64,000 nucleotides of DNA from Candidatus Collierbacteria bacterium GW2011_GWB2_45_17 (GTDB lineage: Bacteria > Patescibacteriota > Microgenomatia > UBA1400 > MFAQ01): the NCBI GenBank assembly GCA_001001485.1, contig LCKO01000001.1, positions 9,381-73,380 of the forward strand, written 5' to 3'. A model generated the notes under the pieces. It was not told the origin of the DNA and made no database searches. It saw nothing but the letters and a program-made list of their open reading frames with translations. This document shows, piece by piece, positions 19,058 to 29,871 of the stretch. Within the stretch, counting starts at the first letter, position 1, and each line of letters opens with the position of its first letter. A program made the translations under genes and the position numbers.

Positions 19058-19264
19058 ATGTTCAAGAATATCATCGCTCCTGTTCAAGCTTGGCTTTTAT
19101 CGCGTGGTACTTGCGTCGGCTGTGGTACTTCGCTCACCGAAGGTCAAAGTAAGCCATCACCAAAGGTCAAAGACACGGATCAAATCACCTGCAAGTGCGG
19201 TCGAGTTTTTATCTACAATTCGAAGACGAATATCTATCGTCGGGCACTTCTAAGTGAGATCTAA
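19058..19264 (+). CDS. Small zinc-ribbon protein
   Basis: CVGC...CKCGR; TATAAT 6 nt before the ATG; 3 nt from mltG. Confidence 0.65.
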   Translation: MFKNIIAPVQAWLLSRGTCVGCGTSLTEGQSKPSPKVKDTDQITCKCGRVFIYNSKTNIYRRALLSEI

Positions 19265-19267
19265 ACT

Positions 19268-20248
19268 ATGTTTAAGCGGCTATTTATCGCTACCACCATT
19301 TTGTCCGTTCTCGGATTTTCCTGGTATTTTCAAGCCATGCAACCGGTCACTCGGACAGCGACCTCTCTTTTGGACTTCGAAATCAAACCCGGCACTGGTA
19401 TCGACAAAATCGCCAATGATCTCAGCTCAGCTCAACTAATTAGATCCAGAATCGCTTTCAAACTCACCGTCATTCGTCTGGGTATAGCGAGCAAAATTCA
19501 AGCCGGTTATTTTAAGCTTTCTCCGAACATGGATGCTACCGAAATGGCTCAGGCTTTGCTTCACGCTTATTCTCGCCAGGTCCGTGTGACCATTCCGGAA
19601 GGCTTAAGAAGTGAAGAAATAAACTTTCTTTTTGACAAAGCCTTCAGCCAAATAAAAGAAAATAACTACAATCCATTACAATTTACTTCCCTGACCCGAG
19701 GCAAAGAGGGTCGTCTCTTTCCTGACACTTACGATTTTGCCCCGGAAGCTTCTGCTTCGGACATTGTGAAACGACTGACTAAGCAATTTGAAGAAGTCAC
19801 GGCCGATATTCCTTCGGATAAATTAAATGGCGTCACCACCCTGGCTTCATTACTGGAAAGAGAAGCGGCTTCGTCTGCCGAAATGCCCTTGATCGCCGGA
19901 GTTATCGCCAATCGTTTAAAAATCGGCATGGCTTTGCAAATAGACGCTTCGGTTCAATACGCTTTAGGATCAGCCCGCTGTAAGCAGATCAACTGCGATT
20001 GGTGGGAAAAAGACCTTACCCTTGAAGATCTCAAACTTAAATCTCCCTACAATACTTATCTCAATACCGGACTTCCGCCCACGCCAATAGCCAATCCCGG
20101 CAAAGATGCTCTCTCCGCCGCCTCCGATCCACAGGAAACTTCATCCATGTACTATCTCCATGACTTAAACGGCAAAATTCATTTCGCCGACACCTTCGCC
20201 GAGCACTCCAAAAACATCTGTACCTTCCTCAAAAAAGACTGCAACTAA
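19268..20248 (+). CDS. mltG: Endolytic transglycosylase MltG
   Basis: VTIPEG, EGRLFPDTY, LASLLERE, NRLKIGMALQIDASV, SPYNTY, GLPPTPIANPG. Confidence 0.93.
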   Translation: MFKRLFIATTILSVLGFSWYFQAMQPVTRTATSLLDFEIKPGTGIDKIANDLSSAQLIRSRIAFKLTVIRLGIASKIQAGYFKLSPNMDATEMAQALLHAYSRQVRVTIPEGLRSEEINFLFDKAFSQIKENNYNPLQFTSLTRGKEGRLFPDTYDFAPEASASDIVKRLTKQFEEVTADIPSDKLNGVTTLASLLEREAASSAEMPLIAGVIANRLKIGMALQIDASVQYALGSARCKQINCDWWEKDLTLEDLKLKSPYNTYLNTGLPPTPIANPGKDALSAASDPQETSSMYYLHDLNGKIHFADTFAEHSKNICTFLKKDCN

Positions 20249-20252
20249 TCTC

Positions 20253-20287
20253 GTCATCCCGACCAAAGTGGAGGGATCTCACTCCAC
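20253..20287 (+). repeat. GTCAT-headed hairpin unit 4 nt after the mltG stop
   Basis: gtcatcccgaccaaagtggagggatctcactccac. Confidence 0.85.
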
Positions 20288-20317
20288 AAAAAACCGGCAA
20301 CCTTTCGGCCACCGGCA
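20288..20317 (-). terminator. Intrinsic terminator of the minus-strand ORF
   Basis: Minus strand reads gccggtggccgaaaggttgccggtttttt. Confidence 0.6.
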
Positions 20318-20322
20318 AATGA

Positions 20323-20739
20323 CTACAAATCTCCCCAATGCTCAATTTTTTCGGCCTCGATCTGGCCTCTGATCCTCTTTGTTTCTTCAAAGTCAGCCTT
20401 AAAGTTCACATCATATGCCACCCGGTTAAAATCCCACTTCAGTTTGTAAAGAGCAAAAATCACATCTTCAATGCCTACTCCCTGCCTCATAGCAATCCTC
20501 TCGAACATCCAAAGTGTTCCGAAGGTAGTTACTACGATTATTATCCCTGTGGACAGGACAATCCCGAGCGTGGCAATCAGTATTGCCGATGCTGTGCCTG
20601 CACCCGTTAAGATTGTCTCTTTTGAGAACCATAGGATGACAAAGGAGATTAATAGCAAAAACAAAGTTCGTTCCAGAACACTTAGCCAAAATATTTTCAA
20701 AGCAGCCTCCTTCAGAATTTCCTGTATTGTACCAAACAT
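20323..20739 (-). CDS. Hypothetical membrane protein
   Basis: 138 aa with two hydrophobic segments; followed by a terminator. Confidence 0.55.
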   Translation of the reverse strand: MFGTIQEILKEAALKIFWLSVLERTLFLLLISFVILWFSKETILTGAGTASAILIATLGIVLSTGIIIVVTTFGTLWMFERIAMRQGVGIEDVIFALYKLKWDFNRVAYDVNFKADFEETKRIRGQIEAEKIEHWGDL

Positions 20740-20743
20740 CAGA

Positions 20744-20772
20744 TTGACAGGCGCGCAATGTGCCTTTATACT
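20744..20772 (+). promoter_or_regulatory. rpoBC promoter
   Basis: TTGACA-17 nt-TATACT. Confidence 0.8.
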
Positions 20773-20786
20773 TACGGCACTGTCCT

Positions 20787-20820
20787 AAACTTGGCTGATA
20801 TTTTTTCCAGTCAGGTTTTT
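20787..20820 (+). terminator. Terminator-like hairpin in the rpoB leader (possible attenuator)
   Basis: CTTGGCTG-loop-CAGTCAGG followed by TTTTT. Confidence 0.5.
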
Positions 20821-20869
20821 GTATGTTGTCCATCGTTATTTACTCTGCCTAAAAAAACCCAAAATACGG

Positions 20870-23800
20870 ATGATAAAACAAACCAAACGCGAAGATTGGG
20901 GCAATATTGCCTCTAAGTTACCCGAGTCAAACCTAGCCCAAACTCAGCTAGACTCATACAAACAATTTCTCGAAGATGGTATCCGTGAATCACTACTAGA
21001 GCTAAATCCCATCAGGGACTTCACAGGCAAGGTCTTTGAGTTCGAATTTTTAAGTAACCGTGTTGGTCTGCCTAAGTTTTCTCCCAAGCAAGCTATCGAA
21101 AAGGGTGTCACCTTTGAAGCTCCTCTCTGGGCCACGGTCAAACTGACCAACCTCCACACCGCCGCTACTCAACAGCAAGAAATTTTCCTGGGAGACATTC
21201 CTATGATGACCTCCATTGGTACCTTTATCATCAATGGTGTCGAGCGCGTCGTGGTTAACCAGCTCGTCCGCTCTCCTGGTGCCTACTTTACCCGTGAAGT
21301 CGATCCGCACTCCGGTCGTGTCATTCACCAGGCCGAAGTTCGTCCTATGCGTGGATCCTGGCTCGAGTTTATAGTCAGTCGCAACGATCATATCTCCGTC
21401 CGAATCGACCGTCACCGCAAAGTTTCTGCCACTACTCTTATTCGTGCCCTAGGCTTTAGTACCAATGAAGAAATCTTGGCTCTCTTTACCGATGTCGATA
21501 CCGACAAGGAACACCGTTACATTTCTACCACCCTTCTCAAAGACTCCAGTACCAACACCGAAGAAGCTCTTCTCGAGTTCTATCAGAAAGTTCGCCCCGG
21601 TGAGCCGGCGGTGTTAGACAATGCCAAAGCCCTCCTCCACCAGATGTTCTTCGACGCTCGCCGCTACAATCTTGGCTTGGTCGGTCGCTACAAGATGAAT
21701 CGCAAGCTGGGTCTTAATACCCCCATCGACAAGCAACACATTACCTTGACGACTGAGGACTTTATAGGCTCTGTCAAATACTTAATTGGACTTCAAAATG
21801 GCACTGGTAAAACCGACGATATTGATCATCTGGCCAACCGTCGTCTTCGTTGCGTGGGAGAACTAGTCAATCAGACATCTTTCAAAGCTGGACTTCTCAG
21901 ATTGGAGCGATCTATCAAAGAAAAGATGTCTCTCGCCAAGCCCGACGAACTACCTACTCCCGCCGCTTTCGTCAATCCTCGTCCCATTATTTCCGCTATT
22001 ACCGAATTTTTCCGTCGCAACCGACTTTCGTCAATCCTCGATCAGGTCAATCCTCTTTCCGAGATTGATAACCTTCGCCGTATCTCCGTCATGGGACCTG
22101 GTGGCATCACTCGTGAACGCGCCAGTTTCTCCATGCGCGACATCCACTCTTCCCAGTACTCTCGTATCTGTCCGGTTAGGTCTCCCGAAGGACCAAATAT
22201 TGGTTTGGTCACCTATCTGGCTCTTTATGCTCGTATTAATGCTTATGGCTTTTTGGAGGCTCCATACTTACCGGTAAGCAAGATCGTCAAAGGCGGAAAA
22301 ACTACTTTTAAAATCGGCAATGAGGCTGTTTATCTCGCCGCCGATGATGAAGAAGATGCTTATATTACCCACGCCGGCATCGAGAGAGATGGAGACTCTA
22401 TCACTCAGAAATGGGTTCCGGTAAGATACGCCGGTAAGTTTATTGAAGCCGACATCGACAAAGTCCAATACATCGATGTTATTCCCCGCCAGGTGGTTGG
22501 CACCTCCGCCTCTCTGATTCCGTTTATTCAACAGGATGAAGGTACTCGCGCTCTTATGGGAACTCATCACCTTACGCAAGCTCTTCCCCTGGTGAAGCCT
22601 ACCGCTCCCATCGTCGGTACGGGCATGGAGGCCATCACCGCCGCCGGCATGGGTTGGGTGGTTTCATCTGACTTCAATGGTGTAGTTCTTTCTGTTGACG
22701 GCAATCATATTAGTGTCAAGATTTCCGAAAAAGACGCCGTTTCGGCCGCCTCCGGAATTTCCCCTTACGATTACGGCTTCATTGAGATCAAAAAGGATAT
22801 TGTTACTTATCATCTTCGTAAATATCACAACTCTTCTCAAGACACCTGTTACAACCAGCATCCTCTGGTCTCCCTCGGAGACAAACTTAAAAAGGGTGAT
22901 GTCATCATCAACGGTCCTGCTTCGGAAAATGGTGAACTGGCTCTTGGTCAGAATCTTTTGATAGCCTACGCCGCCTTTGAAGGTCTGGGTTACGAAGACG
23001 CTATCGTGGTTTCCGATCGTTGCGTCCGTCAAGATTTACTTTCTTCGGTTCACATCCACGAGCACACTTGCGATGTCATGGATACCAAGCTTGGTGCCGA
23101 AGAACTGACCCGAGATATTCCAAACGTCGCCGAAACCGATCTTCGAAACCTGGGTGAAGACGGCACTATTGCTATCGGTTCCACCGTCGGCCCAAACGAC
23201 ATCTTGGTTGGCAAAATTGCCCCAAAAGGGGAAACTGAGCTTACCGCCGAGGAACGACTCTTGAGGGCCATTTTTGGAGAAAAGGCCAGGGAAGTCAGAG
23301 ACACTTCTTTGCGTATGCCTCATGGTGAACAAGGCACCATTGTTTCGGTGAGAATCTTAAGTCGTGAAGCCGGGGACGAGTTGGACGCCGGTGTCATTCA
23401 ACAAATAAAAATCAAGGTGGCTCAGCTCAGAAAAATCACTGTTGGCGATAAGGTGGCCGGTAGACATGGAAACAAAGGTGTCATTTCCAAGATAGTTTCC
23501 GATGCCGACATGCCTCATCTGGCCGATGGCCGTCCGGTAGATGTCATCATTTCTCCTCTTTCGGTTCTGGCTCGTATGAATCTTGGTCAGCTACTGGAAG
23601 CTCAGCTGGCTTTTGCCGGAGAGAAACTTGGCAAAAGATACTCCGTTCCAGTTTTTGAAAACGTTTCTGAAGCCAAACTAAACAAGACATTGATCGAGGC
23701 CGGCTTACCCATCAATGGCAAAGCTCAGCTTTATGATGGCCGTACCGGTGAACCCTTTGGTCAGGAAACAGCCGTCGGAATAAGTTACATTCTCAAGCTC

Positions 23801-24313
23801 AATCACATGGTTGAGGACAAGACTCATGCGCGCTCCATTGGACCTTACTCTCTAGTCACCCAACAACCTCTTGGAGGCAAAGCTCAAATGGGTGGTCAGC
23901 GTTTAGGAGAAATGGAAGTTTGGGCTCTTGAAGCGCACAAAGCCGCTTACTCCCTGCAAGAAATGCTTACTCTCAAGTCCGATGATGTTGTTGGCCGTTC
24001 CAAAGCTTTTGAAGCTATTGTCAAAGGTGAAACTATCCCGATGTCTTCAATTCCCGAGTCCTTTAAGGTCTTGGTTAAGGAGCTAAACTCTCTTTGTCTC
24101 GCCGTTATTCCTACCGGTCAAGTAGTGGCTCATGTCGAAGAGCCCTTGCCTGTCAAGCCAGAGATTGCCGCCGAGATAGCCGAAGCCACCAGTATGTCCG
24201 ACGAGCTTAAAGTTTCCACCTTCGAGGAAGAAACCGATGAGTCCGGTGAAGACATCGTCGATCCAATAGATGAGGAAGCAGTATTAAACAAAACAACTAA
24301 CAATAATGAATAA
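20870..24313 (+). CDS. rpoB: RNA polymerase beta subunit
   Basis: FIINGVERVVVNQL, SPEGPNIGL, GDKVAGRHGNKG, GGQRLGEMEVWALEA; ATG at 20870 preferred. Confidence 0.98.
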   Translation: MIKQTKREDWGNIASKLPESNLAQTQLDSYKQFLEDGIRESLLELNPIRDFTGKVFEFEFLSNRVGLPKFSPKQAIEKGVTFEAPLWATVKLTNLHTAATQQQEIFLGDIPMMTSIGTFIINGVERVVVNQLVRSPGAYFTREVDPHSGRVIHQAEVRPMRGSWLEFIVSRNDHISVRIDRHRKVSATTLIRALGFSTNEEILALFTDVDTDKEHRYISTTLLKDSSTNTEEALLEFYQKVRPGEPAVLDNAKALLHQMFFDARRYNLGLVGRYKMNRKLGLNTPIDKQHITLTTEDFIGSVKYLIGLQNGTGKTDDIDHLANRRLRCVGELVNQTSFKAGLLRLERSIKEKMSLAKPDELPTPAAFVNPRPIISAITEFFRRNRLSSILDQVNPLSEIDNLRRISVMGPGGITRERASFSMRDIHSSQYSRICPVRSPEGPNIGLVTYLALYARINAYGFLEAPYLPVSKIVKGGKTTFKIGNEAVYLAADDEEDAYITHAGIERDGDSITQKWVPVRYAGKFIEADIDKVQYIDVIPRQVVGTSASLIPFIQQDEGTRALMGTHHLTQALPLVKPTAPIVGTGMEAITAAGMGWVVSSDFNGVVLSVDGNHISVKISEKDAVSAASGISPYDYGFIEIKKDIVTYHLRKYHNSSQDTCYNQHPLVSLGDKLKKGDVIINGPASENGELALGQNLLIAYAAFEGLGYEDAIVVSDRCVRQDLLSSVHIHEHTCDVMDTKLGAEELTRDIPNVAETDLRNLGEDGTIAIGSTVGPNDILVGKIAPKGETELTAEERLLRAIFGEKAREVRDTSLRMPHGEQGTIVSVRILSREAGDELDAGVIQQIKIKVAQLRKITVGDKVAGRHGNKGVISKIVSDADMPHLADGRPVDVIISPLSVLARMNLGQLLEAQLAFAGEKLGKRYSVPVFENVSEAKLNKTLIEAGLPINGKAQLYDGRTGEPFGQETAVGISYILKLNHMVEDKTHARSIGPYSLVTQQPLGGKAQMGGQRLGEMEVWALEAHKAAYSLQEMLTLKSDDVVGRSKAFEAIVKGETIPMSSIPESFKVLVKELNSLCLAVIPTGQVVAHVEEPLPVKPEIAAEIAEATSMSDELKVSTFEEETDESGEDIVDPIDEEAVLNKTTNNNE

Positions 24314-27300
24314 CATCATCGATTTTTCCGGATTACAGATTAGACTGGCGAGCCCCGAAGATATTAAGAGTTGGTCATATGGTTTGGTCACCAAACCGGA
24401 AACAATTAACTACCGAACTCAAAAACCGGAAAAGGACGGCCTTTTCTGTGAACGAATTTTTGGTCCTACTAAAGACTGGGAATGTTATTGTGGTAAGTAC
24501 AAACGAGTTCGTTTCAAAGGTATTGTCTGCGACAAATGCGGTGTTGAAGTTACTCTGAGCCGTGTCCGCCGCGAGCGTATGGGTCACCTTGAGCTGTCTG
24601 CTCCGGTCGCTCACGTTTGGTTTTTCAAAGGCGCTCCCAGCAAACTTTCTTTACTGCTTGATATTTCTCCCAAGGCCCTCACCTCCGTCATCTACTTCAG
24701 TAAATACCTCATCATGTCGGTCGATGAAGCCGGCCGAGAAGAGGCTCTGGCCAACATTGAAACTCAAAAAGAAACCAAGTTAAACGAGGTCCGCACCAAC
24801 TTTGATAAACAGATTGAAGACGTCAAAGATCTGGGAGAAAAGGAAATTAAAGAACTCAAGAAAAAAATAAGAGCTAAAGACGAACTGGAGCTAAAGTCCG
24901 AAGATCTAAAGGTCGATTACAAGCAGAAGGTAGCCAACCTCAGGGAGCAGATGGTCGTTGAACTGGCTTTCACCGAAGAAATCTACAGTAAATTAGGCTC
25001 GTTAATTGAAAGAATTCAAGCCAATTCTCTGGTATCCGATTCGGAGTTTGCCAAGCTAGAGGAATACCGTCTCGTCGATTGGATTGAAGCCGGTATGGGC
25101 TCGGAAGCCCTTCTTGAGGCTTTAAAGAAAATAAATCTCGAAGAACTGGGCTCCAAGTTAAAAGAGGATCTCAATAGCTCTTCGGAAGCCAAAAGACTTC
25201 GGGCCACCAAAAGACTTCAGGTGGTTCGTGGACTTTCCGACGCCAAAATTAAGCCGGAATGGATGATCGTTCAAACTCTTCCGGTTATCCCTCCGGACCT
25301 TCGTCCTATGGTCCAGCTTTCCGGTGGTCGCTTTGCCGCTTCAGACTTAAATGATTTATATCGCCGAGTTATCAATCGCAACAATCGTCTTAAACATCTG
25401 ATCGATCTTGGGGCTCCGGAAATCATTTTGAGAAATGAAAAACGTATGCTTCAGGAAGCCGTCGATTCTTTAATTGATTCTTCCCAAGCCCGTTCTACTC
25501 GCAGGTCACGCACCGGAAAAACCTTAAAGTCTCTTTCCGACATGCTTCGTGGTAAGCAAGGCCGTTTCCGTCAAAACCTTCTCGGTAAGCGCGTCGACTA
25601 TTCAGGTCGTAGTGTTATCGTCGTCGGACCGGAGCTAAAACTTAACCAATGTGGTTTGCCCAAGGACATGGCTCTGGAAATGTTTAAACCCTTTGTACTT
25701 CACGAGATCATCAAACAAGACTTGGCTCCGAATGTCAAAGCCGCCAAAGCTCTCATCGAAAAACGTCTACCGGAAGTTTTTGATATTCTCGAAAAAATTA
25801 CCAAAAAACACCCCGTGCTTCTTAACCGCGCTCCTACATTGCACAAGCTTTCGATTCAAGCTTTTTGGCCGGTACTGGTCGATGGCGCCGCTATTCGTCT
25901 TCATCCTGTCGTCTGTTCCGGTTTTAACGCCGACTTCGACGGAGACCAGATGGCTGTACACGTCCCCCTAACCAAAAAAGCCATTCAAGAAGCCAAGAAT
26001 CACATGCTTCCTCAATACAACCTGGTCAAGCCTTCTGCCGGTAACCCGGTTTCTATTCCTGACTCCAAGGAAATGGCCATCGGTGTTTACTATCTCACAT
26101 CCATAGATACCAAATTGGCCCCATACAGCATGCCGTTTTCCTCTCCCACCGAAGCCATCACTGCCACTCAGACAGGTGTGGTCAACGTCCGTCAGCTAAT
26201 ATTGGTGAGACTTCATCCGGAAGAAAGCAGTGAGCTTACCGAAACTACTGTTGGCCGTATTATTTTCAATAAAATTCTCCCCAAAGAGTGGAAATTCCTA
26301 AATCACAATCTACCTCGTAAAGAAATTTCCGCCATGTTCCATCGTGCGATTCGCGAGCTAGACATCAAGCGAGTTGTCAGATTAATTGATAATGTCAAAG
26401 ATATTGGTTTCCACTACTCAACCGTTTCCGGTCTTTCCTTTGCCATCACCGACAATGAAATGTACTCTGACAAAGCGGCCTTTATCGAAGGTGGAAACGT
26501 CAAGGCTAAAGAGATCGAAGAAAACTTTAACTCCGGTTTGATCACCAATGAAGAAAGACGAAAGCTTACTATTCAAATGTGGATGGATACTGCCGACGAT
26601 CTGGCCGAAAAAACCTGGCAGGAATTTTCTGAAGATAATCCGGTTCGCTTAATTATCGATACCGGCATGGGACGTATTACCAAAAATACCATCAAACAAC
26701 TCTCCGCTATGCGTGGTATCAACGTCGATCCTCTCGGCAATATGGTTGAGCTACCCACCAAGGGAAACTTCCGTGAAGGTCTTTCTATCTTTGAATACGT
26801 TACCTCCATTCGTGGTTCCCGAAAGGGTCTTACCGACACCGCTCTTCGTACTGCCGATGCCGGTTACTTGACTCGTCGCCTGGTCGATGTCAGCCATGAT
26901 GCTATTATTCGAGCAGAAGAATGCGGCACCGAAGAGTTTCTCACCATCTCTACCGATGGTACTCGTGGAAAAGTCTTCGAAAAGAGCATTACTTCCAGGT
27001 TTTCGGCCAAAAAAGTTGTTGCTCCCGAAACACGCAAAGTTCTTGTTTCTGCAGGTGAAATGATCACCGAAGATGTCGCCGCCGCTATCGTCAAGTCGGG
27101 TATCAAAGAGGTCGAAATCCGCTCTCCGCTCACTTGTAAGATGCGCTTCGGTCTTTGTGCCAAGTGTTACGGTAATAATTTAGCTAACAATGCTCCAGCG
27201 GTCATTGGAGATCCGGTTGGTGTCACTGCCGCCCAATCCATCGGTGAGCCTGGAACCCAGCTTACTATGCGTACCAAACACTCCGGAGGTGTCGCCGGTG

Positions 27301-28016
27301 TCGACGTTACCCAGGGTCTGCCTAGAGTTACCGAACTTTTTGAAGTCCGTATGCCCAAACTGGTTGCTCCTCTAGCCGAAGTCTCGGGCAAGGCCAAAAT
27401 TGTCGAAACCGACAACGGCAACCTAATTACTATTACCCCTACCGGCAAAAAAGAAGATCGCAAAGAGTATCTCATTCCTTTAGCCATGCATCTTAAGGTC
27501 GAAGATGGTGATCTTGTAGCCGTTGGAACTCAACTGGCCTCAGGAGGGGTGGACATTAGAGAACTTTTGAAGATCAAGGGTTTGAGAGCCGCTCAAAACT
27601 ACCTTATTGCCGAGATTCAATCAATTTATGAATCTCAAGGTATCAGCATTCACGACAAACACTTTGAAGTCATCACTAGAAAAATGTGCGACTATGTTCG
27701 AATTGACTCCGTTGGAGACTCAAGCCTCGTCGCCGGAGACGTTATCAGTCGAGGCAGTTACGAAATGGCCAATGAAGGCGTTATCGCTCAAGGAGGAGAG
27801 CCTGCCACCGCCACCAATCTTATTCTTGGTACCATTCGCGCCGCTCTACACACCGACAGTTGGCTTTCAGCCGCCTCTTTCCAAGACACCACCAGTGTCT
27901 TAACCGACGCCGCGGTTCAGGGAAAAGTTGACCATCTCGTGGGTATGAAGGAAAACGTTATTATTGGCCGCTTGGTTCCCACCAGCAAACTCCGTGCCAG
28001 GATCGAGAATATCTGA
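24306..28016 (+). CDS. rpoC: RNA polymerase beta' subunit
   Basis: [36 protein letters not shown]. Confidence 0.98.
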   Translation: MNNIIDFSGLQIRLASPEDIKSWSYGLVTKPETINYRTQKPEKDGLFCERIFGPTKDWECYCGKYKRVRFKGIVCDKCGVEVTLSRVRRERMGHLELSAPVAHVWFFKGAPSKLSLLLDISPKALTSVIYFSKYLIMSVDEAGREEALANIETQKETKLNEVRTNFDKQIEDVKDLGEKEIKELKKKIRAKDELELKSEDLKVDYKQKVANLREQMVVELAFTEEIYSKLGSLIERIQANSLVSDSEFAKLEEYRLVDWIEAGMGSEALLEALKKINLEELGSKLKEDLNSSSEAKRLRATKRLQVVRGLSDAKIKPEWMIVQTLPVIPPDLRPMVQLSGGRFAASDLNDLYRRVINRNNRLKHLIDLGAPEIILRNEKRMLQEAVDSLIDSSQARSTRRSRTGKTLKSLSDMLRGKQGRFRQNLLGKRVDYSGRSVIVVGPELKLNQCGLPKDMALEMFKPFVLHEIIKQDLAPNVKAAKALIEKRLPEVFDILEKITKKHPVLLNRAPTLHKLSIQAFWPVLVDGAAIRLHPVVCSGFNADFDGDQMAVHVPLTKKAIQEAKNHMLPQYNLVKPSAGNPVSIPDSKEMAIGVYYLTSIDTKLAPYSMPFSSPTEAITATQTGVVNVRQLILVRLHPEESSELTETTVGRIIFNKILPKEWKFLNHNLPRKEISAMFHRAIRELDIKRVVRLIDNVKDIGFHYSTVSGLSFAITDNEMYSDKAAFIEGGNVKAKEIEENFNSGLITNEERRKLTIQMWMDTADDLAEKTWQEFSEDNPVRLIIDTGMGRITKNTIKQLSAMRGINVDPLGNMVELPTKGNFREGLSIFEYVTSIRGSRKGLTDTALRTADAGYLTRRLVDVSHDAIIRAEECGTEEFLTISTDGTRGKVFEKSITSRFSAKKVVAPETRKVLVSAGEMITEDVAAAIVKSGIKEVEIRSPLTCKMRFGLCAKCYGNNLANNAPAVIGDPVGVTAAQSIGEPGTQLTMRTKHSGGVAGVDVTQGLPRVTELFEVRMPKLVAPLAEVSGKAKIVETDNGNLITITPTGKKEDRKEYLIPLAMHLKVEDGDLVAVGTQLASGGVDIRELLKIKGLRAAQNYLIAEIQSIYESQGISIHDKHFEVITRKMCDYVRIDSVGDSSLVAGDVISRGSYEMANEGVIAQGGEPATATNLILGTIRAALHTDSWLSAASFQDTTSVLTDAAVQGKVDHLVGMKENVIIGRLVPTSKLRARIENI

Positions 28017-28035
28017 TAAAATACACGAGCAAACA

Positions 28036-28458
28036 ATGCCTACCACGAATCAATTAATCAAGTCCGGCCGGGTGAGTAACGCCCGAAAAATAAAAACCAC
28101 CGCTCTTCGTAAGAGTTTTAACTCGGTCAAGCGTCGAATGGTTGTCACCCAAAGTCCTCAAAAGGCTGGGGTCTGTTTACAGGTCAAGACCATGACTCCC
28201 AAAAAACCAAACTCCGCATTACGGAAGATTGCCCGAGTGAGACTGTCAAACAAACAAGAAGTGACCGCTTACATCATGGGTGAAGGTCACAACTTAGCCG
28301 AGCACAGTATCGTCCTGATTCGCGGTGGTCGAGTTCGAGATCTTCCTGGTGTGAAGTTTCATATTATTAGAGGTAAGCTCGATACCGGTGGCATTGAAAA
28401 ACGCCGCACCTCCCGCAGTAAATACGGCACCAAACGCCCCTCAGTAGCAAAGAAATAA
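28036..28458 (+). CDS. rpsL: 30S ribosomal protein uS12
   Basis: [26 protein letters not shown]. Confidence 0.97.
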   Translation: MPTTNQLIKSGRVSNARKIKTTALRKSFNSVKRRMVVTQSPQKAGVCLQVKTMTPKKPNSALRKIARVRLSNKQEVTAYIMGEGHNLAEHSIVLIRGGRVRDLPGVKFHIIRGKLDTGGIEKRRTSRSKYGTKRPSVAKK

Positions 28459-28460
28459 AT

Positions 28461-28937
28461 ATGCGATCCAAAAAAACCCCACCTAAAAAAGTCCAATTTG
28501 ATCCGATTTACGGTAGTCCCTTAGTGGCCAAGTTAATCGCCTGTGTTATGGAAGACGGTCGAAAATCTGTCGCCGCCAAACAAGTTTACAAGGCTATTGA
28601 CATTGTCGCCGAGCAAACCAAGCAAGATGGAGTCGAGTATCTTCACACATCTCTGGACAACATCAAGCCGACTATCGAAGTCCGCTCCCGTCGTGTTGGA
28701 GGCGCTTCCTATCAAGTACCTACTCCTATCCGTCCGGAACGTCGTGACTCTCTGGCCATCCGCTGGCTCATCAATGCCGCCAAAGCTAGAGGCGCCAATC
28801 CTTACCGTACCCTTGCCGACAAACTCGCCGCCGAAATCGTGGAATCTCACGAAAATGCCGGCGCCGCCATCAAAAAGAAGCTCGACACTCACAAGCAAGC
28901 TGAGGCGAATAAGGCATTCGCTCACTTTAGATGGTAA
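28461..28937 (+). CDS. rpsG: 30S ribosomal protein uS7
   Basis: EVRSRRVGGASYQVP, AEANKAFAHFRW. Confidence 0.97.
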   Translation: MRSKKTPPKKVQFDPIYGSPLVAKLIACVMEDGRKSVAAKQVYKAIDIVAEQTKQDGVEYLHTSLDNIKPTIEVRSRRVGGASYQVPTPIRPERRDSLAIRWLINAAKARGANPYRTLADKLAAEIVESHENAGAAIKKKLDTHKQAEANKAFAHFRW

Positions 28938-29022
28938 TCCTATAGCATTATTACAGGACTACAATTTTTCATATTTGTGTTTCGGTATTGATTAGTTTTA
29001 ACTTTGGGTTTATTATGGATAT

Positions 29023-29871
29023 GTGATCACAAATTACTGCCCGATTTGTGGAGAATTGGTATTTAAAAAGCGAAAATTTTGTTCGGTTAAATGTAAGTCT
29101 GAAAGTCAAAATCAAAAGATTGAGTTAGAATGCACTGGTTGCGGTAACCATTTCAGGATATTGCCATATTTACAAAGGAAATCTAATTACTGCTCCGTCT
29201 CTTGCTATCACGACTCCACTAGGAAAAAAGAAATTAAAAATTGTCCGGTTTGCAGGAAGAATTTTTCAGTTATGGCGTGTTTAGTAAAGAAAGGTTTTGG
29301 AATTTATTGTTCTCAGAAATGTCGTTATAAAATTCACAGGAAGACTCAAGTTTGTTATCGATGCGGAAAGGAGTTTACTAGGGCATTATCATTATCTATT
29401 AAATATACAAAGTCATTTTGCAGTAAAAAGTGTTGCGACGACTCAACAAGGGAATATGTTTCGATATCGTGCCGCAATTGTCAGAAAATGATCTCAATTC
29501 CAAGAAGCACAATTAATCGAGGTAAGGGAGGATTCTGCTCCTGGTACTGTTATATCCACTATAAAGGCGAAACATCAATCGAAAAGATTGTGAGAATCCG
29601 ACTAAAAAAGGCCAAAATACCATTTGAACAAGAAGTTAAAATCGGTAAATACCATTCAGATTTTATGATCCAAAACACCAACATTCTGATTGAATGTGAT
29701 GGTGATTACTGGCACGGATTACCTTCAGCAATTGCCAAAGATAAGGTTCGAGATTTGATATTACGGACAAAAGGGTATGAAGTGCTTCGATTTACCGAGA
29801 CCGAGATAAAAAAGACAAAAGGAAACTGTGTTATTAATCAATTATCACAAAGGACAGACGTTAAGCAATGA
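29023..29871 (+). CDS. Cys-repeat (CxxC...FCSxxC) protein with a C-terminal DUF559/Vsr-like endonuclease
   Basis: Five zinc-finger-like repeats; FEQEVKIGKYHSDF...IECDGDYWH...D..RD..L..KGYEVLRF. Confidence 0.8.
   Translation: MITNYCPICGELVFKKRKFCSVKCKSESQNQKIELECTGCGNHFRILPYLQRKSNYCSVSCYHDSTRKKEIKNCPVCRKNFSVMACLVKKGFGIYCSQKCRYKIHRKTQVCYRCGKEFTRALSLSIKYTKSFCSKKCCDDSTREYVSISCRNCQKMISIPRSTINRGKGGFCSWYCYIHYKGETSIEKIVRIRLKKAKIPFEQEVKIGKYHSDFMIQNTNILIECDGDYWHGLPSAIAKDKVRDLILRTKGYEVLRFTETEIKKTKGNCVINQLSQRTDVKQ

Noticed and set aside
20870-28016. Inteins or introns in rpoB/rpoC, and the beta' coiled-coil insert as a novelty
   Set aside because: No intein motifs and normal lengths; a helical insert near the beta' N-terminus is a known lineage-specific feature in several phyla.
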